Shown: positions 27,102-38,300 of the stretch, piece after piece
How positions within the stretch are numbered: the stretch's first letter is position 1
Layout: each line of letters starts with the position of its first letter
From: Candidatus Marinacidobacterales bacterium
GTDB taxonomy: Bacteria > Acidobacteriota > Vicinamibacteria > Marinacidobacterales > DATDRI01
Assembly: GCA_965226495.1 (NCBI GenBank)
Contig: OZ245365.1
Location: 1,664,001-1,728,000, forward strand
Length of the DNA stretch: 64,000 bases
Direction: 5' to 3'
Program-made: the position numbers and the translations under genes
Notes under the pieces: model-generated
The model's input: the letters and a program-made list of their open reading frames with translations, nothing else
Told to the model about the DNA's origin: nothing
The model's database searches: none

Positions 27102-28154
27102 GCCGCAACGGTGAGGGCTGGGGCCGTGATCCGCTGGGACTACGTGTCGTCGGCGGCAAGTCGCCTGCCGCTTGCCCAGCGAACCGACGGTCTCGGGCCA
27201 GGTCGAGTGCAGGCCGGTGAGGCCTTGCTGGTCCGGGTCCTGGAGCCCAACCATGCCTACGACAATCTCGAGCTGGCGAGCGGTGACACCGTGGGTCTTC
27301 GAAGCGGCGACCAATTCGTAGCCGTCGCCGGGAGCCGACAGGCACTCCGCGGCTTCGTAGGGAGTCCCCCAGAGAGTGCGCGACCGGGCGACCGGCTTTC
27401 AATCCTTAGCTTGGGTGGCATCGTTGGGCGCTTCACGGGAGGTCTTTTGGATCTCGGCGTCCCGACGTCGGTCGAGGTCGTCGATCGACTCGGGCAACAC
27501 GGGCGGCCGCTTTGTATGACCGACAACGCGATTCCTCGGCGGGGGGAGCTGGGCTCGATCTGTCCGGTGGTCGCCGTCGTGGGTACGTCGATGAGCGCCG
27601 GTAAGACCCGGGCCGCCACCGAGCTCGTTGCCGGCGCCGCCGCCGCTGGCTTCCGTGTCGCGGCGGTGAAGCTCACTGGAGTCGCGTGTCTGAGAGACGT
27701 TCTCCGCATGCGGGAACGAGGAGCGTTCGAAGCCGTCTCGTTCCTCGACTCTGGCTTGCCGTCTACGGTGGATGCACTTGAGCTTACTTCCGTTGCCAAA
27801 GGGCTTTTGCATCATCTCAACGAGATGAGCCCCGACCTTATCGTTGCCGAGCTGGGCGACGGCATCCTGGGGCCCTACGGCGTGGATCGACTTCTTCAAG
27901 AACCGTCTCTAAATCGTGCGATCCGGGTCCTGGTTCTCAGCGCATCGGACCATGTGGGCGCGTGGGGCGGGGTTGAGCTCCTGCGACGCTGGGGCCTTTC
28001 CACCGACGTCATCACCGGCCCGGTGACGGATAGCACCGCCTCGAGCCAATTCCTCGAGCAAACCTTGGGTGTGCCGGCGGTCAACGCGTGCACCAACGGC
28101 CATCAACTCTTCGATGTCATCCAGTCGAGGCTGTCGGCGCTGAAGCGACTATGA
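27081..28154 (+). CDS. DUF1611-like P-loop protein, first gene of the arg operon
   Basis: VVGTSMSAGKT..AAVKLTGVA..D..F.D.G.PST..ELGDG; stop overlaps argC start (ATGA). Confidence 0.75.
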   Translation: MEMHNYAAATVRAGAVIRWDYVSSAASRLPLAQRTDGLGPGRVQAGEALLVRVLEPNHAYDNLELASGDTVGLRSGDQFVAVAGSRQALRGFVGSPPESARPGDRLSILSLGGIVGRFTGGLLDLGVPTSVEVVDRLGQHGRPLCMTDNAIPRRGELGSICPVVAVVGTSMSAGKTRAATELVAGAAAAGFRVAAVKLTGVACLRDVLRMRERGAFEAVSFLDSGLPSTVDALELTSVAKGLLHHLNEMSPDLIVAELGDGILGPYGVDRLLQEPSLNRAIRVLVLSASDHVGAWGGVELLRRWGLSTDVITGPVTDSTASSQFLEQTLGVPAVNACTNGHQLFDVIQSRLSALKRL

Positions 28155-29164
28155 TCCGTGTCGCGGTCGAAGGCGCATCGGGCTACGTCGGTGGCGAGCT
28201 CTTGAGCCTATTGTTTCATCACCCCGAAGTGGAGGTCGTGGCCGCTACCGCGGGACAAGCGGGCGGCGAGGAGCTATCCGAGCTTCGGCCGCGTTTCGGA
28301 GCCAGCTCGTTGCGATTGCTGAAAGAGCTCGAGCCAGACCAACTCGAAGACCTCGATCTCCTTTTCCTTGCTCTTCCTCACGGCGAGTCGTCGAAACGCA
28401 TCGCGTCGATCTCCAAAGAGCTCCGCGTCATTGACTTGTCCGCAGACTTTCGGATCGACGATCGGGAACGCGCCGAGGCGACCTACGGGCCGCACGTGGC
28501 CTGGGATTTTCAACAAGAGTTTGTTTACGGACTTCCGGAGTTGAATCGTTCCCGCATCCGGGAAGCCCACCGCATCGCGGTGCCAGGTTGCTTTGCCACC
28601 GCGGCCTCGGTCGGTCTCATCCCGGCGTTGGAAGCCAATGCGTTGCTCGGACCTCCTTGGATCTCCGCGGTCACCGGCTCTTCGGGCTCCGGTCATCGGG
28701 CGACGGCGAAGACGCATCATCCGGACCGTGCACTCAATTTCTACGCCTACCAACCGAACGGCCACCGCCATCAGCCGGAGATCGAATCGGCGCTGGCGCG
28801 GTTGAACTCGAATAAGTTTCCGATCGAGCTGCAAGTTCATTCCGCACCGCTGGTACGCGGTATCTACGCAACCATTTTCTTTACAACCGAGCCGTCGGTC
28901 GACCTTCCCGAGATCTATCGCCGCCGTTATTGTCAGGAAGAATCGTTCGTTCGAGTCCAAGAGCAACCGCCACAGCTCACCGACGTCATAGGGACACCGC
29001 GGGCGGCGGTTTCCGTGTCGGTGCGTTCGGGGCAGGCGACAGTCTTCGTGGCCATCGATAATTTGCTCAAGGGCGCAGCCTCGCAGGCCATCCAGTGCAT
29101 GAATCTCGTTTTCGACATACCCGAAGAGACGGGGCTCGCGTGGCCCGTCGGAGTGCTTCCTTGA
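28151..29164 (+). CDS. argC: N-acetyl-gamma-glutamyl-phosphate reductase
   Basis: GASGYVG, LALPHG, DLSADFR, YGLPE, PGCFAT, DNLLKGAA. Confidence 0.93.
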   Translation: MIRVAVEGASGYVGGELLSLLFHHPEVEVVAATAGQAGGEELSELRPRFGASSLRLLKELEPDQLEDLDLLFLALPHGESSKRIASISKELRVIDLSADFRIDDRERAEATYGPHVAWDFQQEFVYGLPELNRSRIREAHRIAVPGCFATAASVGLIPALEANALLGPPWISAVTGSSGSGHRATAKTHHPDRALNFYAYQPNGHRHQPEIESALARLNSNKFPIELQVHSAPLVRGIYATIFFTTEPSVDLPEIYRRRYCQEESFVRVQEQPPQLTDVIGTPRAAVSVSVRSGQATVFVAIDNLLKGAASQAIQCMNLVFDIPEETGLAWPVGVLP

Positions 29165-29171
29165 GTGCCTC

Positions 29172-29270
29172 AATGCGCGCTCACTCCTCGTTCGCGCGCT
29201 CGGCGCCTCGCTCCCCGCTCGGCGACCTGTCGTCGGCCCATGCGGGCCGGGCTCGCTCCGCTCGCGCAGG
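29172..29270. repeat. REP-like GC-rich intergenic repeat
   Basis: AATGC..CTCCTCG..GCCTCGCTC..CGCTCGGC motifs recur in reverse complement at 44190-44266. Confidence 0.45.
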
Positions 29271-29306
29271 GTGCAGTTTAGTCGTCAGCACCCTGCTAGG
29301 AAACCG

Positions 29307-30107
29307 ATGCAATCACTACAGGTGATCAAGCTAGGCGGGGCGTCGCTCGAAGAGAATCTGCCGCAGATCGCATCGGTGCTTGCCGCTACCGACTCGCCTC
29401 GCGTCATCGTGCACGGCGGAGGACCGCAGGTGTCGGCCATGGCTTCTCGTCTCGGTATCCCCACTCAGAAGGTCGCGGGCCGGCGCGTCACGGATGAAGC
29501 AACTCTGGACGTCGTGTTGATGGTTCTGGCCGGCCTGGTTCACAACCGCGTGGTCGGCACTCTCGTCGCCTCCGGGGTGCCGGCAGTCGGAATCGCCGGA
29601 CCGTCCGTGTTCCGGGCACGACGCCGACCGCCCATCGAGATCGACGGCGAGACCGTCGACTTCGGGCTGGTGGGTGAAATCGAGCACGTCGAGGTGGGAC
29701 CGATCCGCGCGGTACTGGAGAGAGGAGACATCCCCATCCTTCCGTCGATTGCGGGTGGAAAAGATGGAGCGCTTTTCAACGTTAACGCGGATACCGTCGC
29801 CGCCTGGGTAGCGGCCGAGCTCGGTGCCCACGAGTTGATTCAGGTCACGGACAGTGGCGGGGTGAGGGAAGTGAACGACTCCGTCATTCAGGACCTCGAC
29901 CTCGCCGGGACCCGGCGTCTGATCTCGGAGGGAATCGCCACCGATGGGATGCGGCCCAAGCTCGAGACCGCCATTTGGGCACTGCGGTCGGGTGTGTCGC
30001 GGGTCCGCATCGTGGGGGCAGGCGGCATCGGCGTCCCGGATGGCGGGACCGTTTTGACCGCTTCCGGCGTGGCCCGACCCGTCTTGAACCAGTCCGGGTT
30101 GACTTAG
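29307..30107 (+). CDS. argB: acetylglutamate kinase
   Basis: VIKLGG, VHGGGPQ, GRRVTD, NVNAD, GMRPKL. Confidence 0.92.
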   Translation: MQSLQVIKLGGASLEENLPQIASVLAATDSPRVIVHGGGPQVSAMASRLGIPTQKVAGRRVTDEATLDVVLMVLAGLVHNRVVGTLVASGVPAVGIAGPSVFRARRRPPIEIDGETVDFGLVGEIEHVEVGPIRAVLERGDIPILPSIAGGKDGALFNVNADTVAAWVAAELGAHELIQVTDSGGVREVNDSVIQDLDLAGTRRLISEGIATDGMRPKLETAIWALRSGVSRVRIVGAGGIGVPDGGTVLTASGVARPVLNQSGLT

Positions 30108-30146
30108 GGTGTGCGACTTTATACACTTGGCATGCATATATATTCA
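30099..30146 (+). promoter_or_regulatory. internal sigma-70 promoter with tandem ARG boxes upstream of argG
   Basis: TTGACT-N17-TACACT; TGCGACTTTATACA (30112) and TGCATATATATTCA (30133), 21 bp apart. Confidence 0.8.
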
Positions 30147-30221
30147 CGGACCGGTAATCGACGCTCTGTGGCACTTGGGATTACTTGGGATGACCGGCCC
30201 GGCTAACTGGAGGCGCTGACC

Positions 30222-31535
30222 ATGAAACCAACGAAGGTCGTTCTAGCCTACTCGGGAGGGCTCGACACCTCGGTGGCGGTCCCCTGGCTCAAGGAGAACT
30301 ACGATTGCGAGGTCATCGCCATGTTGGCGGACGTCGGTCAAGGCGAGGACCTCGAAGCGGCGGCGGAAAAAGCCCTCGCCATCGGTGCTTGTCAGGCCTT
30401 CATCGAAGACCTGCGGACCGAGTTCGTCCGCGACTACTTTTTTCGATCGCTCCGCGCCGGAGCCCGCTACGAAGGGAAGTACCTCCTCGGTACTTCGCTA
30501 GCGCGTCCGGTCATCGCTCGTCGCCAAGTCGAGATCGCCGAGCGGGAGGGTGCCACGGCGTTGGCCCATGGTTGCACCGGCAAAGGTAACGACCAGGTTC
30601 GCTTCGAGCTGACCTATTTGGCGCTTGCACCTGATCTGAAAGTAATCGCTCCTTGGCGTGAGTGGAAGATCCGCTCCCGTGAGGACGCGCTGGCGTACGC
30701 CGAGGCACGCGGGATTCCCGTTGCTCAAACTACTGAGAATCTGTACAGCCGCGACGGGAACTTGCTGCACCTGAGTCACGAGGGGGGCATCCTAGAGGAC
30801 CCGTGGGCGGCTCCCGATGACGACATGTACCTGATGACGAAACACCCCGTCGATGCACCTGCCACGCCGGAGTCCGTCGAGGTCGAGTTTCGCCGCGGCT
30901 ATCCGATCGCGGTGGACGGCCAACCGCTCGAGCCGGTCCAGCTTCTCGAACGGCTCAACGAGATCGGGGCTCGGCACGGGGTGGGTCGAATCGACATCAT
31001 CGAGAACCGGTTAGTGGGGATGAAATCACGCGGCGTCTATGAGACTCCCGGAGGAACCATCCTTCGCGAGGCTCACGAGGCTCTCGAGAGCATTTGTCTC
31101 GACCGGGACACCTCTCACTTCAAGGCGGGCGTCGCGCTTCGCTATTCGGAGCTGGTCTACAATGGACAATGGTTCTCACCACTCCGTGAAGCGCTCGACG
31201 CCTTCGTGGAGTCGACTCAGGAGACCGTGAGCGGTCGAGTCCGGCTGGAGCTTTACAAAGGGTCGGTGCGAGTAACCGGCCGGAGCTCCGCCTTCAGTCT
31301 GTATCGCGAAGAGTTTGCGACGTTCGGTCACGACGAAGTATATAGTCAGGCGGACGCCGAAGGGTTCATTCATCTGTTCGGCCTGCCACAGAAGATCCGT
31401 CGTATAGCTTTGAAGTCGGCCTTGCCGTCTCCGTCAGCATCGATCCGACGATGGGAAGAGAAAGAAAAAAACAACGGAACTCCCGTCCGGCGCGCTCCGG
31501 AGATGGCCACATCCCGGGAGGGGAAGAAGGGATGA
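30222..31535 (+). CDS. argG: argininosuccinate synthase
   Basis: [39 protein letters not shown]. Confidence 0.97.
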   Translation: MKPTKVVLAYSGGLDTSVAVPWLKENYDCEVIAMLADVGQGEDLEAAAEKALAIGACQAFIEDLRTEFVRDYFFRSLRAGARYEGKYLLGTSLARPVIARRQVEIAEREGATALAHGCTGKGNDQVRFELTYLALAPDLKVIAPWREWKIRSREDALAYAEARGIPVAQTTENLYSRDGNLLHLSHEGGILEDPWAAPDDDMYLMTKHPVDAPATPESVEVEFRRGYPIAVDGQPLEPVQLLERLNEIGARHGVGRIDIIENRLVGMKSRGVYETPGGTILREAHEALESICLDRDTSHFKAGVALRYSELVYNGQWFSPLREALDAFVESTQETVSGRVRLELYKGSVRVTGRSSAFSLYREEFATFGHDEVYSQADAEGFIHLFGLPQKIRRIALKSALPSPSASIRRWEEKEKNNGTPVRRAPEMATSREGKKG

Positions 31536-32938
31536 AGGCCCCGGCGGGTCGTCCGCCGTCGAAGCTCTGGGGAGGCCGCTTCCGAAAACCGACCGCAAAG
31601 TCCTTAGAGGATCTCGGTCGCTCCATCGAATTCGATCGCCGTCTTTGGGCGGAAGAAATCCGCATCAACCGAGTCTACGCACGAGCACTCCAGCGGACCG
31701 GCATACTCTCCGGTTCCGAGTGCCGCTCTATCGAGCAGGGATTGGATCGCGTCGGCCGCTGGTTGCAACAAGAGCCCGCCGCTTTCGTCGAAACCGATGA
31801 GGATATTCATACCGCCGCCGAGCGATTGCTAGGCGAAGTCGTTGGACAGGAGCTGGCCGGAAAACTCCCGGCGGGAAGAAGTCGGAACGATTTGGCGGTG
31901 ACCGGATTCCGTCTCCACTTGGGAGCCGTCATTCCAACGCTGCGGGACGACATCCGAAGCCTTCAAGAAACGCTCGTCGTCCGCGCCGAAGAGACGCGCG
32001 ACGTCCTCATGCCCGGCTATACGCACATGCGCCGGGGGCAACCGGTGGTATTCGCGCACTACTTGCTTTCCTATTTCTGGACTCTGCAAAGGGACCGGGA
32101 ACGTTTCGCCGAGGCACGCACCCGGATTCTCCAGCTTCCGCTCGGGGCGGGCGCGCTGGCCGGAAACCCCATGGGTATCGACCGCGAGACACTTGCCGAA
32201 GAGTTGGGTTTCGTTTCGATACTCGAAAACAGCATCGACGCCATCTCCTCCCGAGATTTCGCCCTCGAATTCTTGTCCGCCGCATCCATTCTGGCAACGA
32301 ACCTGTCGCGGATGGCGGAGGATCTCATTTTGTGGTCCACCCGCGAGTTCGGCTTCATCGAGGTAGACGAGGCCTATGCCACCGGCAGCAGCCTGATGCC
32401 GCAAAAGAGAAACCCCGATGGTCTCGAGCTGACGCGAGGCAAGTGCGGTCGGGTGGTCGGGGATTTGATGGCCCTTCTCACTACGGTCAAAGGGCTTCCT
32501 ACCGGCTATCAGAGAGACCTTCAAGAAGACAAAGAACCCGTCTTCGATGCCATCGATACGCTGGCCGCGACGCTCTCCGTGGTCCGGGGAACGGTCGAGA
32601 CGATCGCTGTCCACGCCGATGCGATGAAGGCGGCGCTTTCATCCGATCTCCTCGCCACCGACCTCGCCGACTATCTAGTGGGGAAGGGGGTCGATTTCCG
32701 AAGGGCGCACCAGATCGTAGGTGAAGTCCTATCGAGCGCCGCGGAGCGGGGAACCGACCCTGCCGAGATGGACCTGTCGTCGCTACGTGAGTTCTCGGAT
32801 GTGTTCGAGGAAGACGTTGCTCAAGTGTGGGATTACCGGGCGTCGGTCGAGCGGAGAGACTCTCGCGGCGGGGTGGCACCGGACGCTATCAGTGATCAGA
32901 TGCGAAGGGTCCGCCAGGTCCTCGAGTCCGACGCCTAG
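31532..32938 (+). CDS. argH: argininosuccinate lyase
   Basis: [29 protein letters not shown]. Confidence 0.96.
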   Translation: MKAPAGRPPSKLWGGRFRKPTAKSLEDLGRSIEFDRRLWAEEIRINRVYARALQRTGILSGSECRSIEQGLDRVGRWLQQEPAAFVETDEDIHTAAERLLGEVVGQELAGKLPAGRSRNDLAVTGFRLHLGAVIPTLRDDIRSLQETLVVRAEETRDVLMPGYTHMRRGQPVVFAHYLLSYFWTLQRDRERFAEARTRILQLPLGAGALAGNPMGIDRETLAEELGFVSILENSIDAISSRDFALEFLSAASILATNLSRMAEDLILWSTREFGFIEVDEAYATGSSLMPQKRNPDGLELTRGKCGRVVGDLMALLTTVKGLPTGYQRDLQEDKEPVFDAIDTLAATLSVVRGTVETIAVHADAMKAALSSDLLATDLADYLVGKGVDFRRAHQIVGEVLSSAAERGTDPAEMDLSSLREFSDVFEEDVAQVWDYRASVERRDSRGGVAPDAISDQMRRVRQVLESDA

Positions 32939-32954
32939 ACTCTCTTACTGGGAC

Positions 32955-35252
32955 TTACTTCCGAGTCACGAAGATAGGACTCGACCACGCGATTGCCCCG
33001 TCTTGTTGGAGGACTCGAACCCAGTATGCGGTCGTCCCGAACGGTACTTCCTTCTCGGTCCACGTGAAGCTGGCGTCCCGCTCGTAAGACTCGGCGACTC
33101 TTCGAATGACGACCTCTCGATCGAGGGGACCCACTTCATGGACCCAGTCCTCGGCGCTCAAATCCTTGATCGGAATCGATACACGAAATGGCTCGGAGGT
33201 GGCACCGCCCGAACCGAATTGGTTGCGGAAAGAAGTCTCGGCGTCGAGCACCAGGTCGGCCTCATCGGCGTCGACCAAGTCGAACACGACGCCGTCCTCG
33301 TCCCCTGAAGTCAGCGTGCGAAAGCGGAGCGTGCGAGCCCCTTCGCGTTCGAGCTCTTCGTTGGGGTAGTCGAACCGGTACGGCCGAGCCTCTCCGAATT
33401 TTCCTTCGCTCAACTGAATCGACCCACTCCAAACGACCTGCCGGCGGCGGTGTTTGCTGCGGGCTCCATGCCAGATGACTTTGACCCGATTCAACGGCCC
33501 CTTGGCCCGACCCACGTGTCGGTAGGCTCGTTCCAAACCTCGGAACAAATCGATGCGCTCTATTCCGTCTGTTCCGCCGACCTGGGCCGAGAAGGTGACT
33601 GGCCCTCGGGCTTCCATTTCCTCGCCCATCCAGTGCTCCCCGGCCTTGAACCGTAGCGCGATGCGCTCGCCGGTTGTGCCATAGACGCGCCGATCGAAAA
33701 AGGCCGCCCAAAGGGATTCGCGATCCAGGCCGCGGGCGTACACGCAAGTGAGCCCGCTGTGCACCGCAAACAGGCCGATACCGGGAATAGATTCGCCCGG
33801 CTTCGAATAGACATCATCGCTGCTGGCGACGAAGCCAACCTTGAGCCCTCGCTCGATGGCTTCTTCGATGATCCACTCGAATTGCCCATGGTTCGAGTAG
33901 ACCTCGATGATGGGCATGAAAGACGGATCGAAGAAATCGAAGTTCGCGCGTCGGCCACCGACGTGAGGCATGAGCATGACGCGGTCGGAGCCGATGGTCT
34001 CGAGTAACGTCGCGATGGTGTTGCGATCGGTGGAAGCGTCATGAGGAACTTCTGCTTCGACATAGGCGCTGCGGTGAACCGGACGGTCGTCGTCCAAGTA
34101 GATGACGTTGTGGTCGCCACCGTTGGGGGTGTTCCCCGACCATTCATAACCCAGATAGGTGACGAAACGACCCGTCTCGTTGAATTCTTTGATGGATTTC
34201 TGGACGTATTGCCAACCGTCGGGCGTGATGTGGACGTCGTTACCCGCCCAGGAGATGAAGTCGATGCCGGCAAAGCCCCGACCGTACGAGAGATAGTCGA
34301 CGACCCTGCCGATGCCGCCGGTCTCCTCGCTCTGCCCATGAAGGTCTCCCCAATAGGGCTGAAGCGTTTCGGGCGAAGACACGAGAGCGTTACTTCCTGC
34401 GGCGAGCCCCGGTTGCGAATCATCGACCACGCGAACCCGCACGGTATCTGTGTTGCCGACGACCACGCTCTCGAAACGGTGGAAGCCGCGGTCTACCTCG
34501 GTGAAGGTGTAACTAGACGGGAGCCCCGATACACTCGGAGGCGTCTCGAAACGAACGGTACCGCGATAAGAAGGCGAAGGATTGCCCCAGGAATCTTTAA
34601 CTCGTACTTGGAGCCAAGTTGGCTCGCCGGCCCGCACGCCGGTCGGCCAGATGACATCGAGATCGCTCTCCGGTCCGCCGACGACGCGGAGGGTGGGGGA
34701 GTCGAGGACGCGCACCTGCCGTACTGCGTTGAAGACATCCACCAACACACGAAACTGAAAGTCGGTCGCCTGATCGAACGTCTGAAACTGACTGCCCGGC
34801 CCGCCGCTGGAGCGATCCCCGAATGTGACGATGACCGTGTCACCCTCCTCGAGGGCGCCGTTGCTCACCGTAATCACCGCGCCTCGCCAAAAGGGCCGCG
34901 GACTCGCGTGGCGCGGCTCGAAGCGAGCGTCGAGGCTCGCGTTTCCGGTTGTGTGCACCGTCATGTACTCGGCTTTCTTAGGATCGTCGACTTGGAACGG
35001 GCCCCAATCAGTGCCGGCCTGGGTGAGGACGAAGATGCGTCCTCCGTCATCGATGCCCAGACGGCCCACGTGATACGTGAGCGTCCAGGTTCCCCACGAG
35101 CCGGCGACGAACTCGCCTTCCGGATCGATGGTGGCGTAACCGTAGAGCTCGCGGTTGCGTTCGAGCTCTTCCGCAGACTCGGGATTGCTTTCCGTGACGA
35201 CGAGCGTTGTCAGCATCGCGCCAACCAAAATGTGGGAATATCGCATTCGCAT
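32955..35252 (-). CDS. secreted DUF3604-like (PHP-fold) metallohydrolase
   Basis: Signal peptide; YWGDLHG, GYEWS..GDHNV, PHVGGR, YGTTG, YWVRV.Q.DG..AWSSP. Confidence 0.75.
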   Translation of the reverse strand: MRMRYSHILVGAMLTTLVVTESNPESAEELERNRELYGYATIDPEGEFVAGSWGTWTLTYHVGRLGIDDGGRIFVLTQAGTDWGPFQVDDPKKAEYMTVHTTGNASLDARFEPRHASPRPFWRGAVITVSNGALEEGDTVIVTFGDRSSGGPGSQFQTFDQATDFQFRVLVDVFNAVRQVRVLDSPTLRVVGGPESDLDVIWPTGVRAGEPTWLQVRVKDSWGNPSPSYRGTVRFETPPSVSGLPSSYTFTEVDRGFHRFESVVVGNTDTVRVRVVDDSQPGLAAGSNALVSSPETLQPYWGDLHGQSEETGGIGRVVDYLSYGRGFAGIDFISWAGNDVHITPDGWQYVQKSIKEFNETGRFVTYLGYEWSGNTPNGGDHNVIYLDDDRPVHRSAYVEAEVPHDASTDRNTIATLLETIGSDRVMLMPHVGGRRANFDFFDPSFMPIIEVYSNHGQFEWIIEEAIERGLKVGFVASSDDVYSKPGESIPGIGLFAVHSGLTCVYARGLDRESLWAAFFDRRVYGTTGERIALRFKAGEHWMGEEMEARGPVTFSAQVGGTDGIERIDLFRGLERAYRHVGRAKGPLNRVKVIWHGARSKHRRRQVVWSGSIQLSEGKFGEARPYRFDYPNEELEREGARTLRFRTLTSGDEDGVVFDLVDADEADLVLDAETSFRNQFGSGGATSEPFRVSIPIKDLSAEDWVHEVGPLDREVVIRRVAESYERDASFTWTEKEVPFGTTAYWVRVLQQDGAIAWSSPIFVTRK

Positions 35253-35390
35253 CAGGGTTCCTCGGGGACGGAGACTATCACGACGGGGGAAACCTGCGCA
35301 TCCAGGAATCTCGCTGGCCAAGAGACGTGTGGCCGCATAAACTGCGCCCGACTTATTTGTGTCGAACCCACGGCAAACGGAGGCGTAATC

Positions 35391-38300
35391 ATGTCGAGCC
35401 CGAGTCGACCTTTCTTCTTGGTGACCTATTTCGTGACTCTCCTCTCCTTGGTAGTCACGACCGGAGCAGCCGCGGTACAGCAAGTGGCTCCCGAACAGTA
35501 CGAGTCGTTGAGCTACCGGCATATCGGACCGGTGGGTAACCGAGTGAGCTCGGTTGCCGGTGTGGCCGGCGACAGAATGACTTACTTTGCAGGTGCAGCC
35601 TCGGGAGGTGTATGGAAAACGACTGACGGCGGGCTCAACTGGGAGCCAGTGTTCGACGATCAACCAGTGCATTCGATCGGGTCTCTCGCCGTGGCTCCCT
35701 CCGATCCGAACGTCGTTTGGGCTGGCACCGGTGAATCCTTCATCCGATCGAACGTGTCCATCGGAAACGGGGTCTGGAAGTCGACCGACGCAGGTTCCAA
35801 CTGGGAACACCGCGGGCTCGAGGGGACGGGCCGCATTGGACGTATCGTCATCCATCCGACCGACCCCGACATCGTCTACATTGCGGCGCTAGGTCATGGA
35901 TACAGCGAACAGCCGGAGCGAGGGGTTTACCGCACGCTTGATGGAGGCAAGCACTGGGAGAAAGTCCTCTTCGTCGACGAGAAGACCGGTGCCTCCGATT
36001 TGGTGATGGATCCTGGAAACCCTCGGATCTTGATCGCGGGGATGTGGCAGATCGATATCAAGACTTGGGGCCGCGAGAGTGGCGGTCCGGGGAGTGGACT
36101 CTTCATGTCACGAGACGGCGGTGACAATTGGACCCGTCTGGAGGGGAAGGGCTTGCCGAAGCTGCCGGTGGGCAAGATCGCGGTTTGCATGAGCCCGGAA
36201 AGCTCCGACCGGATTTATGCTCTCATCGAGACCGGCGACGGAGTCCCTTGGCATGGCGAGGATACCGAAAGCGGCGAGCTCTGGCGTTCGGACGACGGTG
36301 GGGAGAACTGGGAGCTCACGACCCATAATCGGGACCTCGCGGGTCGGAGTGCTTACTACTCACGCTGCGCGGTGTCGACGAACGACGCGGACGAAGTCTA
36401 CTTTCTCTCGGCATCTTACAGTCGCACCAAGGATGGCGGTAAGACAGCCGAAAAGGCGGAGCGTATCGGTGAAGGGGGATTCGAGTCTCCCGGTTGGGAC
36501 CATCACGACATGTGGATCGATCCAACCGATGCCGGCCGCATGATCGTCGGCCATGACGGTGGGATCTCGATCTCCGAGAACCGGGGAAAATCTTGGCACC
36601 GGGTTCAGCTGCCGGTCGCTCAGATGTATCACGTCACCGTCGACAATCAGATTCCCTACTATGTTTACGGAAACCGGCAGGACGGCCCCTCGACTCGCGG
36701 CCCGAGCAACAGCCGCACCGGCGGCGGTTTCTTTGGTGGTGGTATTCCGCGAGGTATGTGGCACGGCGTTGGCGGTGGTGAAAGCGGTTTCGCGACTCCC
36801 GACCCCGTGGATCCGAACATCGTTTGGTCGACGGCTTCCGGGGCGGGTGCTGCCGGAGGGATCGTGGTTCGCTACAACGAGCTGACTCGGCAGTTCCGGC
36901 AGGTCGAGGTTTGGCCGGAGGCGACTTTTGGATGGCCGGCAGGGGGTCTCAAGTATCGGTTCCAGTGGACGTTTCCGTTGCTCATCTCTCCTCACGATCG
37001 CGACACCGTTTACGTGACCAGTCAGTTCGTCCATCGAACCCGAAACGGCGGTCAAAGCTGGGAGGTGATCAGCCCCGATTTGACGACCAACGACGAGAGC
37101 AAGCAGGGCATATCGGGTGGTCTCACCCCCGACAACATCGGTGTCGAGTACTGTTGCGTCCTCTACGCCTTCGAAGAGTCACCGGTGCGACAGGGTGTCC
37201 TCTGGACGGGCTCGAACGATGGCCTGGTGCATGTCAGCGAAGACGGTGGAGCGAACTGGACCAACGTGACTCAAAACATCCCCGGGCTTCCTGACCTTGG
37301 AACCGTACGCAATATCGACGCGTCCAAGTGGGATGTCGGCAAAGCGTATTTGACCGTCGATTTCCACCAGGTTGGCAACTTCGCGCCCTACGTTTACAAG
37401 ACGGAAGACTTGGGCAAGAGCTGGATCAAGATCACGAACGGCATCGCCGACGGTCCGCTCAGCTACGCTCGCAACGTCCGCGAGGATCCCGTGCGTCCGG
37501 GCCTCTTGTACTTGGGCACCGAGAACGCGCTCTATGTATCTTTCGATGACGGCGGCGGCTGGCAACCGCTCAAGAGCAATCTACCCGCAGCGCCCATGTA
37601 CTGGCTCGTGGTGCAGGAGCACTTCAATGACCTCGTCGTCGGAACCTACGGTCGCGGCTTCTGGATTCTCGACGACATCACGCCGCTCCAGCAGCTCACG
37701 GACGAGGTGACCGCTTCTGACGCCCACCTCTTCGAGCCCCGGCCGGCCTACCGCTTCCGACCGATCACACCGCTCATGTACACGCTGACGGACGCGTCGG
37801 CTGGCGACGACCCGCCTTATGGAGCGTCCATCAGTTACTGGTTGGCGAAAGCACCCGAGGATGCCGAGGACAATGATGAAGACACCGAGGTCAAGGTGAA
37901 GATCAAGGACGCGGCGGGGGAGACGATCCGAGAGCTCGAGGGTACGAAGAAGGCCGGCATCAATCGAATCTGGTGGGATCTCAAGGGCGAGGAATCGAAC
38001 GAGATCAAACTTCGAACGAAACCTCTTCACGCCGATTGGGTCGATCTCGGCGACGAGCGTTGGCGGAAGTCGGGGGTCGACCGCATCGCGGTCCTAGTCC
38101 CTCCCGGTGAGTACACCATTAGCCTTGAGGTCGAAGGTAAGGAGCACTCGAAGGATCTCGAGGTCCGCAAGGATCCCCACTCCGAGGGGACCGAGGCCGA
38201 CATCCGAGAGCAAACCGAAATGCTGGTCGCACTGCGGGAAGAGATGAACCAGGCGGCGGCGGCGATCAATCGCATCGAGTGGATCCGGCGCCAACTCGGC

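Noticed and set aside
34041-35390. 450-aa N-terminal extension of the 1544-aa ORF, and the 35253-35855 extension of the opposite ORF
   Set aside because: Antisense shadows of the divergent genes; signal peptides and RBS put the starts at 35391 (+) and about 35252 (-).
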